Source: a virus
Lineage: Duplodnaviria; Caudoviricetes
Strand: one strand, 5' to 3'
DNA: 25,448 nt
IMG/VR virus record: IMGVR_UViG_3300046717_000185
Location: 1-25,448 of that record
The position numbers and the translations under genes were made by a program. The notes beneath the pieces were generated by a model. The model saw nothing but the letters and a program-made list of their open reading frames with translations. It was not told where the DNA came from and did not search any database. Shown piece by piece: positions 1-5,657 of the stretch (within the stretch, counting starts at the first letter, position 1; every line of letters begins with the position of its first letter).

Positions 1-6
1 TAAGAA

Positions 7-267
7 ATGACCCACCTCGCCAAGCTCGTCGCCGCCTGCAACAAGTTCAACCTGGAGGTGTTCTACCTGGGGCCTGCCGAGGCCCGGTATTGCACCAAAC
101 AGGCCCTCACCCAGGATACCCGCTTCGTCAATGCCGGGGAGACCGTCAAGCCTGGCTGGTACTGGTGGTCCTGCGTTCCGGGTTGCTTGCCCGACTCGGA
201 GTGGGCCACCGGCCCGTTCACCTCGGCCACCCGCGCCGCCGGGGACGCACTGGATACCCGGCCATGA
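7..267 (+). CDS. Small phage hypothetical protein (GWYWWSCxPGCLPDS..GPF motif)
   Basis: 86 aa ATG ORF; stop overlaps the next start (ATGA 264-267). Confidence 0.8.
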   Translation: MTHLAKLVAACNKFNLEVFYLGPAEARYCTKQALTQDTRFVNAGETVKPGWYWWSCVPGCLPDSEWATGPFTSATRAAGDALDTRP

Positions 268-476
268 GTGACACCCGTTTCCGCGACCTGCGTATCGGCG
301 ACAGCTTCGACTTCATCGGCCCCGAGGCCAGGTTCAATTCGTTCTACGAACGCTGCACCAAAGTCACCACCCGCAGCTATGAGTGGTTCCACCCGGAGCG
401 CCACACCAACCTGCGCTCCGAGGTCGGCACCATCAACTGCAAGGTTTACCACGTCAAACGCAAGGAGGGGAGATGA
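264..476 (+). CDS. Small hypothetical protein (MSDTRFRDLRIGDSFDF...)
   Basis: Internal ATG of ORF 90..476, ATGA-coupled at both ends. Confidence 0.8.
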   Translation: MSDTRFRDLRIGDSFDFIGPEARFNSFYERCTKVTTRSYEWFHPERHTNLRSEVGTINCKVYHVKRKEGR

Positions 477-649
477 GCAAATACAAACTACTGGCCGAGA
501 TCGACCAGGCCAAACAACAGATCAAACGGCTGGATGCGCTGATCGACAGTCTGCGTACCCAAGCCAGCGATGCCTATGCGGCACGGGAGACATTCCTGCT
601 GCAACTCGACGCCGCCCGTCAACAACTGGAACTGCTGGAGGTGCAATGA
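473..649 (+). CDS. Small coiled-coil hypothetical protein
   Basis: SD AAGGAGG upstream, ATGA overlap at 473-476, Leu/Ile heptad pattern. Confidence 0.8.
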   Translation: MSKYKLLAEIDQAKQQIKRLDALIDSLRTQASDAYAARETFLLQLDAARQQLELLEVQ

Positions 650-843
650 GTGATTTTCTGGTGCGCGATGAGGGCAGCATCTACCTGCTTACCCCCAAGA
701 CCCCAGCCGCAGTGGAGTGGGTCAGGGCCAATTTGCCCGAGGACAGGCTGCGCTGGGCGGGGGCCACTGTGATCGAACACCGCTACGTCGGCGATGTCAT
801 CACCGGCATCGCCGAATCCGGTCTGCAAGTGGAGATCAAATGA
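646..843 (+). CDS. Small hypothetical protein (MSDFLVRDEGSIYLLTP...)
   Basis: SD GGAGG, ATGA overlap at 646-649. Confidence 0.8.
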   Translation: MSDFLVRDEGSIYLLTPKTPAAVEWVRANLPEDRLRWAGATVIEHRYVGDVITGIAESGLQVEIK

Positions 844-980
844 TGATCAGAACCAACATCTTCCTCACCGCGCCGCAGCTAGCCGCCTTGCAGCAGCTTG
901 CAGGGTCTACCGGGTTATCCGTCGCCGAGCTTGTGCGGAGGGCGATTGATCTTTACCTGACCCCGGCCCAGATCCACTGA
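840..980 (+). CDS. Ribbon-helix-helix (CopG/Arc-like) DNA-binding protein
   Basis: RTNIFL beta-strand, then LAALQQLAGSTGLSVAELVRRAIDLYL helix-G-x-S-helix signature; ATGA overlap at 840-843. Confidence 0.85.
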   Translation: MMIRTNIFLTAPQLAALQQLAGSTGLSVAELVRRAIDLYLTPAQIH

Positions 981-1116
981 CCGGGGGGCGCAACAGCGCC
1001 GGTATCTGCTGCTGCGCCGCCTCGTAAGCATGGACCTGTTCCAGCATCACGCCGATGGCCGCATGGACCCGGTCGATGCCGGGATGCCACTGGCCGCAGA
1101 GTGGACAGAGGATCAT
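907..1116 (-). CDS. Small hypothetical protein with N-terminal CPLCGQWH motif
   Basis: ATG at 1116 overlaps the stop of the upstream small gene; 3' end overlaps the convergent RHH gene by 74 nt. Confidence 0.5.
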   Translation of the reverse strand: MILCPLCGQWHPGIDRVHAAIGVMLEQVHAYEAAQQQIPALLRPPVSGSGPGSGKDQSPSAQARRRITR

Positions 1117-1238
1117 AGGTAGTAGTGCAGCATGATGCCAACGAAGGCGATGGCGCCGCCCACCGTCAGCGCCACGATCAGGCACCCCCGGAGGGCGCTC
1201 CGGGTTACCGCCCGTACCGCCGGGTCATCACGGTCCAC
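1113..1238 (-). CDS. 41 aa single-pass membrane protein (not in ORF track)
   Basis: Manual translation from GTG 1238: MDRDDPAVRAVTRSALRGCLIVALTVGGAIAFVGIMLHYYL; fills the gap between its neighbours. Confidence 0.6.
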   Translation of the reverse strand: MDRDDPAVRAVTRSALRGCLIVALTVGGAIAFVGIMLHYYL

Positions 1239-1239
1239 C

Positions 1240-1971
1240 TCAATACCGGTCGGGGGTCATGATGTCGATGCGGATGTTGGTCGGCGCACCGCCCAACGGC
1301 CGGTCGCCATTGGTCACGATGATGTCGAGCGTGTCGTCATAGGTCATCATCACCTGGCTGGGACTGCCCGGTGTCGGCGCATTGGACAGCGCACACGATG
1401 GTGCATTCTCGGTCGAGGTGAAACGCTGGATGCCGTTGTTGTTCAGCGTCAGGGTGCGGGTGATGACTGCTGAACCAGGCTCCTCGATGACATTGATCCG
1501 CCCGAATTTGGTCGGGTCCATCGCCGACTTCCAGACCAGCCGGAAGCAACAGGTCTGGAGCGGAGCCAACTGCACATTCTTCAACGTCACCTGACCGCTT
1601 TCCGGCCACGGCACGATCACCGGCGGCACCGGGGTCGGATAGTCCTGCCCTGATGGAGGAGGTTCGCCGCCACCTGTTCCGCCGTCGCCACCATCAGGTG
1701 GGGGCGTGCCACCGCTGCCTGCCGGTCCCTGTGGTCCGGGTGGACCCTGCGGTCCCGGCGCACCCTGTGGTCCCGCAGGACCGGCTGGTCCGGGGACGCC
1801 TTGTGGTCCGGCAGGACCGGCAGGGCCAGCGGGTCCGGCTGGTCCCGGCGGACCCATCACGCCACTGGGCGGCGGCGCATCGTCACCACCGTCGCGAACA
1901 TAAAACTGGGTGCAGTCGATGACCTGAACAGTGTCGGCATCCGAGCCTGCCGGGAATACATAGAGTTTCAT
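1240..1971 (-). CDS. Collagen-like (Gly-Pro-X) repeat protein with C-terminal globular domain
   Basis: About 15 contiguous G-X-Y triplets ([10 protein letters not shown]...), Pro/Gly linker, beta-rich C-terminus; ATGA-coupled to the upstream gene. Confidence 0.85.
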   Translation of the reverse strand: MKLYVFPAGSDADTVQVIDCTQFYVRDGGDDAPPPSGVMGPPGPAGPAGPAGPAGPQGVPGPAGPAGPQGAPGPQGPPGPQGPAGSGGTPPPDGGDGGTGGGEPPPSGQDYPTPVPPVIVPWPESGQVTLKNVQLAPLQTCCFRLVWKSAMDPTKFGRINVIEEPGSAVITRTLTLNNNGIQRFTSTENAPSCALSNAPTPGSPSQVMMTYDDTLDIIVTNGDRPLGGAPTNIRIDIMTPDRY

Positions 1972-2126
1972 CGCAGCCCCCTTCGTCTACGCATGGTCCA
2001 GAACCGGCGCATGTACTCCCGCCGCCTTATCCGCGCTTTCACCTTCTCGATCACCACCAGACACGCCAGGAACGCGCCGGTCAGCACGATCAGCGCAATC
2101 CACGGTAACACCCCGTCATCGCTCAC
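1968..2126 (-). CDS. 52 aa single-pass membrane protein with Arg-rich tail
   Basis: GTG at 2126 overlaps the VRR-NUC stop; hydrophobic [21 protein letters not shown] then KVKARIRRR...RRRR. Confidence 0.65.
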   Translation of the reverse strand: MSDDGVLPWIALIVLTGAFLACLVVIEKVKARIRRREYMRRFWTMRRRRGLR

Positions 2127-2431
2127 CGCAAGCGCCCCAGGTGCCTCTGCACCGCCGCCAGCGCCTCTTCGACCGTGGTCACCACCGCCAGCGGCCCGTG
2201 CCACTGCTCCAGGAAACCAGCCTGGTCCTCGGTCAAGGCGCGGCGCGACGCCGACTTGTCGCCATCCTTCACCTCCAGCAGCAGGTTCATGCCCCACGTC
2301 CCGCCACGGCCCACCAACAGGTCGGGACAACCCTGGCCGATGGGGGCCAGCGACAGCACCGAGCAGCCGGTCTGGCGCAGGGCCTGCACGATAGCCGCCT
2401 GGTTGGCGTCTACTTTGGCGGCGCGGCGCAT
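2123..2431 (-). CDS. VRR-NUC / Holliday-junction-resolvase-like PD-(D/E)XK nuclease
   Basis: RAAKVDANQ..IV..LR..G, GCPDLLVG, LLEVKDG, LTEDQ..F...W motifs. Confidence 0.85.
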   Translation of the reverse strand: MRRAAKVDANQAAIVQALRQTGCSVLSLAPIGQGCPDLLVGRGGTWGMNLLLEVKDGDKSASRRALTEDQAGFLEQWHGPLAVVTTVEEALAAVQRHLGRLR

Positions 2432-2973
2432 AGCTCAAGATTCAGGTAGGCCATATCGATCAGCGCCGTGCGTGGTACGAACCAGGCCTTGGGCAAGTCC
2501 TCCCTGCCATTGTTGGTGAACCAGGCGCTGTCCTGCTTGCACTTCTCGCCCTGCACCCAGCCAATCAGCCGCAGGTCCGGTATGCGCCCGGTCACCAGCA
2601 CATAGATGTGGTCCAGGCGGTCGCCGGGACGCACGATCAGTTGGGCATCGGGGCGGTGACTGGAGCGGACCTGAATCCGGTCGCCCACATCCGGGTCGGC
2701 CTTGTCGGCATTGACCGATGCAGGCCAATAGACCCCGAGATAATCGGCAACGACAAGCTCCGCTGCCGCACCCTCGATATCGCGATCCCACCCCTTGCGT
2801 TCACCATCATCCTCATAGCCGTCATTGACACCCTTGCCCTTTTGCTTCGATGACACCCGGCGCATGGTGCCCACCTGGGCAGCAATCATTACATTCGACC
2901 AGGATATCCTGACCTCAACCGGCTGCGCCGGAACCAGCCGGATTACTGTGGCGGATTGCATAGCGGTTCGCAC
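2410..2973 (-). CDS. Phage protein, probable restriction-endonuclease-like fold (start uncertain, possibly 2961)
   Basis: EGAAAELVVA helix, DPDV..IQVRS, YVLV, IGW pattern resembles a divergent PD-(D/E)XK core. Confidence 0.65.
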   Translation of the reverse strand: MRTAMQSATVIRLVPAQPVEVRISWSNVMIAAQVGTMRRVSSKQKGKGVNDGYEDDGERKGWDRDIEGAAAELVVADYLGVYWPASVNADKADPDVGDRIQVRSSHRPDAQLIVRPGDRLDHIYVLVTGRIPDLRLIGWVQGEKCKQDSAWFTNNGREDLPKAWFVPRTALIDMAYLNLELCAAPPK

Positions 2974-3146
2974 TGGTCGGCCACCAGGCCACGCAGACAG
3001 ACCAGGGCGCTGTCCAGGTCGGCCTGCATGGTCGGCAGGTCATCCTTCCAGGCCTGGGGCATCGGCCATCCCCAATGGGCAGCGAGGCGCTCGTAGAGGC
3101 CGCGCAGTTCCAGCCGTTTCTGCTGTTGGGTAAGAGGGTCGCTCAT
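2943..3146 (-). CDS. Hypothetical protein
   Basis: 67 aa ATG ORF, ATGA-coupled to the upstream gene. Confidence 0.7.
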   Translation of the reverse strand: MSDPLTQQQKRLELRGLYERLAAHWGWPMPQAWKDDLPTMQADLDSALVCLRGLVADQCEPLCNPPQ

Positions 3147-3382
3147 TTGTAGCGCATCGTTGCGGCCAGCACCGCCTTGGTCGTGCGATGTTCATTGCGC
3201 TCCCGGCTGATGCGCTTCTTGTGCGGTGCCTCGCGCTTGATCAGGATCACCCCCTCCAGGCAACACGCGGCCAGCGTCGCCGGTTGGTCGGCACTGTACC
3301 CGGCACACCTCGGGCAAAGCTGGCGATGGGTGGCGAAGTCGGCATCGAGCAGCAGCCCGGTGCTGTACTGGAAATCTTTCAT
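3143..3382 (-). CDS. Hypothetical Cys-containing protein (HxxxCxxC...CC), basic C-terminus
   Basis: 79 aa, strong SD (AAGGGAGG) upstream of ATG 3382. Confidence 0.75.
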   Translation of the reverse strand: MKDFQYSTGLLLDADFATHRQLCPRCAGYSADQPATLAACCLEGVILIKREAPHKKRISRERNEHRTTKAVLAATMRYK

Positions 3383-3391
3383 ACCCCCTCC

Positions 3392-3468
3392 CTTATCTAT
3401 AGATAATCGAGAATTTCAAAGTCAAAGTCAAAAGCAACTTCTTTTATATAGATCAACTTCAAAACATT
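3392..3468. repeat. AT-rich tract with palindrome and short direct repeats (candidate unwinding element)
   Basis: Perfect palindrome TTATCTATAGATAA 3393-3406; TCAAAG-TCAAAG-TCAAAAG 3416-3434; CAACTTC at 3435 and 3454; GATC at 3451. Confidence 0.6.
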
Positions 3469-3706
3469 GGGCGTCTCGCCGTTGGTGAGCAGCCGGAACC
3501 ATCCCTCCGGGGAGGGATGAATCGCACTTATCCACAGGCCTGTTTCGCCGTCGGAGCCGCGTGCCGGGCTAGCCTTTCGTTGCACGGGTGCTAGCTTCAC
3601 CGCCCGTATGTGTGGTGCTTCCGCAACTGTCCGACCAGTACCACTGTTCGCCGACGCCCCCTGTCGCTGATTAGTCCCGAGGCGCAAGCCATAACCGCCA
3701 GACGCG
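3469..3706 (-). ncRNA. Putative structured non-coding RNA/ssDNA domain of unknown family
   Basis: Long-range complements 3653-3659/3469-3475 and 3590-3601/3484-3493, stem 3603-3608/3583-3588, perfect hairpin 3500-3519; no credible protein. Confidence 0.5.
3528..3536 (+). promoter_or_regulatory. Perfect DnaA box TTATCCACA
   Basis: Exact match to the high-affinity consensus, about 60 bp from the AT-rich tract. Confidence 0.55.
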
Positions 3707-3796
3707 AAAAAACCTCGTAAGGCGGGAGACGGGTGGAATACAGCGGATGTACGACGCTGCCCGGTTGGGACCGGTCCATCCCCCAGCTTACGAGGT
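3707..3796 (-). ncRNA. C4/CI-antisense-like cloverleaf RNA
   Basis: Minus strand: ACCUCGUAAG/CUUACGAGGU 10 bp stem, GGGGGAUGG/CCGUCUCCC 9 bp stem with two G-U pairs, hairpins CCGG-ucccaa-CCGG and CAGCG-ucguacauc-CGCUG, linker UAUUCCAC, then a U tract. Confidence 0.7.
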
Positions 3797-3803
3797 CTGC
3801 TTA

Positions 3804-3840
3804 TCGTACATCCATGCACCGCACCGATTCCACTCGGCGC
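3804..3840 (-). promoter_or_regulatory. a1b1/seqA-like leader with target sites for the cloverleaf RNA
   Basis: Hairpin GCGCCGA-GUGGAA-UCGGUGC (3840-3821) whose loop complements linker UUCCAC; GGAUGUACGA (3813-3804) is a 10 nt complement of 3754-3745. Confidence 0.65.
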
Positions 3841-3844
3841 GGAT

Positions 3845-3873
3845 AGTTTGCATCTGGGAAACTGGGAAGTAAA
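3845..3873 (-). promoter_or_regulatory. Putative sigma70 promoter for the non-coding RNA
   Basis: TTTACT-17 nt-CAAACT, 4 nt upstream of the leader hairpin; a TTCCCAG direct repeat lies across the spacer. Confidence 0.5.
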
Positions 3874-3891
3874 GGAAAACTTCTTGCCCAA

Positions 3892-4116
3892 CTACTTTTT
3901 CGCGCACCAGTCCGCCCATTCACCCCATAGGGTGCCGACGAAGAGCGCCCCGGTCACCCAGATCGGGGACAGCAGCAGCACGATGAACCAGTGCAGGCTG
4001 AACAACCAGACGATGATCGCCGCCACGCCCAGCGTCGCCACCGCCAGCAGCAGCGCCACAAAGCACCGCTCGACCAGCGTCACCGCCATCTCCAGCACCA
4101 TCAGTATCCTAGCCAT
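3892..4116 (-). CDS. Small membrane protein (two predicted TM helices)
   Basis: 74 aa, almost entirely hydrophobic, AAGGAAGG upstream. Confidence 0.75.
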   Translation of the reverse strand: MARILMVLEMAVTLVERCFVALLLAVATLGVAAIIVWLFSLHWFIVLLLSPIWVTGALFVGTLWGEWADWCAKK

Positions 4117-4261
4117 TCATGCCTTCCTTCCGTTTCCGCCTGTTGTCCCGAGGTTCGAGATCGATCAACTCGCCGTTCAGATCAGCCGCCAGCCGCAGCA
4201 GCACCGGGCCATCGTTGCCATTGAGCAACACCCATACCTCCCCGTCCAGAAAATAGACCAT
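4109..4261 (-). CDS. 50 aa hypothetical protein (not in ORF track)
   Basis: SD AGGAGG then ATG 4261: MVYFLDGEVWVLLNGNDGPVLLRLAADLNGELIDLEPRDNRRKRKEGMNG. Confidence 0.65.
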   Translation of the reverse strand: MVYFLDGEVWVLLNGNDGPVLLRLAADLNGELIDLEPRDNRRKRKEGMNG

Positions 4262-4274
4262 GACCACCCTCCTG

Positions 4275-4310
4275 AAAAACAGGGGCACGTCTCTGTAGGA
4301 ACGTGCCCCT
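4275..4310 (-). terminator. Intrinsic terminator-like hairpin downstream of the cro-like gene (tR1 position)
   Basis: Perfect 10 bp stem AGGGGCACGT/ACGTGCCCCT (4281-4310) followed on the minus strand by GUUUUU. Confidence 0.65.
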
Positions 4311-4371
4311 CAACGCCGCCGGGAACGGACTGACCCGGTCGGATTCGCCGCCATGCGGGGTCGGCGAATTC

Positions 4372-4593
4372 TTATGTCCTGCGGCGTCCATGCAGTGGCC
4401 CGAATATGTCCGGCCTCAATTCCAGCCGGGTCACCTTGCCCTTGGTCGCCTTCTCAATCGTTGCCGCCCGAGCCGGGGAGATCGGCTCCCGGCCCAATAG
4501 CCATTGCGATATCGCACCCTGGGTCACTCCCAGCTTCTGGGCGAACTCCTCCTGGGTCATCAGCGTGGTCTTCAGATAGTCGGATAGATTCAT
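4372..4593 (-). CDS. cro: Cro/YdaS-like HTH regulator
   Basis: TQEEFAQKLGVTQGAISQW HTH plus IEKATKGKVTRLELRPDIF tail typical of Cro/YdaS; first gene of the divergent operon; ATG at 4593. Confidence 0.88.
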   Translation of the reverse strand: MNLSDYLKTTLMTQEEFAQKLGVTQGAISQWLLGREPISPARAATIEKATKGKVTRLELRPDIFGPLHGRRRT

Positions 4594-4599
4594 CCGGCC

Positions 4600-4628
4600 A
4601 TTGTCACAATAGTTGTGTTGATTTGCAA
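4600..4628 (-). promoter_or_regulatory. PR-like sigma70 promoter giving a leaderless cro mRNA
   Basis: TTGCAA-17 nt-GACAAT with extended TGn; only 6 nt between the -10 and the ATG; no SD. Confidence 0.7.
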
Positions 4629-4656
4629 CACCCACGAAATATTATTAGATTAGCTA

Positions 4657-4685
4657 TTGCACACCGATACACTTTGGCTGATAAT
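4657..4685 (+). promoter_or_regulatory. PL-like sigma70 early promoter (copy 1)
   Basis: TTGCAC-17 nt-GATAAT with AT-rich upstream element. Confidence 0.7.
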
Positions 4686-4719
4686 CCATTTCATCGACAC
4701 CCCACCCGGAGCAACAGCA

Positions 4720-4908
4720 ATGAAGACCTACCGCATCGACGCCGTCCCGACCACCTTGGTCACCCCGCTGATCCACGTCCTGACGTTGGTCAATGCCGGT
4801 GTCGGCCCCACCACCGCCTGCGCCTTCGTCGCCAACAACGCCGTGGAGTACGTCTCCTACGCCGCGCTGCTCGACGCCTACAACTCGTCCGCCCAAGGAG
4901 TCCACTGA
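4720..4908 (+). CDS. Hypothetical protein (MKTYRIDAVP...)
   Basis: SD GGAG, ATG 4720, first gene after the promoter. Confidence 0.75.
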   Translation: MKTYRIDAVPTTLVTPLIHVLTLVNAGVGPTTACAFVANNAVEYVSYAALLDAYNSSAQGVH

Positions 4909-5102
4909 TGGAATTGCCCAACACCTACCAAGACTGGTCGCAGACCGACAAGGACAACGCCCGTCGGATGCTGGCCCAGGCCAGCGGCATCCTGTCGGTG
5001 CTGTTCCGCCTGCACCCCTACCTCGATAACGCCGGGAAGCTCTCCGCCGAGATCGACACCGCCCTCGGCATCACCCCGGTTTTCCCCAAGGAGGAAGCAT
5101 GA
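4908..5102 (+). CDS. Hypothetical protein (MELPNTYQDW...)
   Basis: SD AAGGAG, TGATG overlap at 4906-4910. Confidence 0.75.
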   Translation: MELPNTYQDWSQTDKDNARRMLAQASGILSVLFRLHPYLDNAGKLSAEIDTALGITPVFPKEEA

Positions 5103-5305
5103 TCGTCGTTCTGAAAAACGCAGTTGGTCCTGACGGCCGCAAGGCCGATGCCTACCTCGGCGGCAACGGTTGCCGGGGGTTCAACACCGATAAGCGCGAA
5201 GAGGCGCATCAGTTCGACCAGTACGACGCCGACCGTTTCGCCGACCACTTCAGTGGTTGGTATCGCGGGTTTGCCGGTGCCGTCGACATCCGGGTGGAAG
5301 CATGA
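5099..5305 (+). CDS. Hypothetical protein
   Basis: SD AAGGAGG, ATGA overlaps at both ends. Confidence 0.78.
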   Translation: MIVVLKNAVGPDGRKADAYLGGNGCRGFNTDKREEAHQFDQYDADRFADHFSGWYRGFAGAVDIRVEA

Positions 5306-5577
5306 AACCCCTCGCCCGTGAGTTCGCCAGCTTCCGCAAGGCGGTCATCGCCGACGACGCCTCCAAGGCCCAGGTCGATGACATGGAAGCGGCATTTTTC
5401 GCCGGGGCCATCTGCACCCTCGGCGTGCTGGTCAAGACCCTCGTGCGTGGCGTTGACGACAGCAGCAAGGAGCAGGCCGTGCAGCGCCTGGCCGACATGG
5501 TTGCCGAGTGCCGCGCCTTCGACGCCGGGATGAGGGCCGATGCCGTCATCTCCCGCGCCATGGAGGACAAGCAATGA
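5302..5577 (+). CDS. Hypothetical helical protein (Q..DMEAAFFAGA motif)
   Basis: ATGA-coupled ATG at 5302. Confidence 0.78.
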   Translation: MKPLAREFASFRKAVIADDASKAQVDDMEAAFFAGAICTLGVLVKTLVRGVDDSSKEQAVQRLADMVAECRAFDAGMRADAVISRAMEDKQ

Positions 5578-5657
5578 GCGCCGAGCGTGCCGTCGGCATC
5601 GCGCTGACCCTCGCCGCCTTCTTCCTGTTGATCCTTCACCTCGCGGAGATCCTATGA
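5574..5657 (+). CDS. 27 aa single-pass membrane peptide (not in ORF track)
   Basis: SD GGAGG; MSAERAVGIALTLAAFFLLILHLAEIL; ATGA overlaps at both ends. Confidence 0.7.
   Translation: MSAERAVGIALTLAAFFLLILHLAEIL

Noticed and set aside
3674-3771. Pairing of cloverleaf loop GUCCC with downstream GGGAC as a third target site
   Set aside because: Only 5-6 bp in GC-rich sequence; not distinguishable from chance without covariation.
3707-3796. tRNA gene
   Set aside because: Cloverleaf-like, but it has only two hairpin arms, no T-loop GTTCRA and no standard anticodon arm.
3397-3891. 164 aa minus-strand ORF spanning the whole non-coding block (possible Rep or Ash/Icd-like gene)
   Set aside because: TTG start without a clear SD, no recognisable motif, and the FDFDF tail simply reads out the DNA repeats. 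It does span the gap end to end, so it is not fully excluded; frame conservation in homologues or Ribo-seq would settle it.
4353-4719. N-terminal extensions of ORFs 4353..5102, 4657..4908 and 4372..4635
   Set aside because: They run across the divergent promoter region; better starts are 4908, 4720 and 4593.
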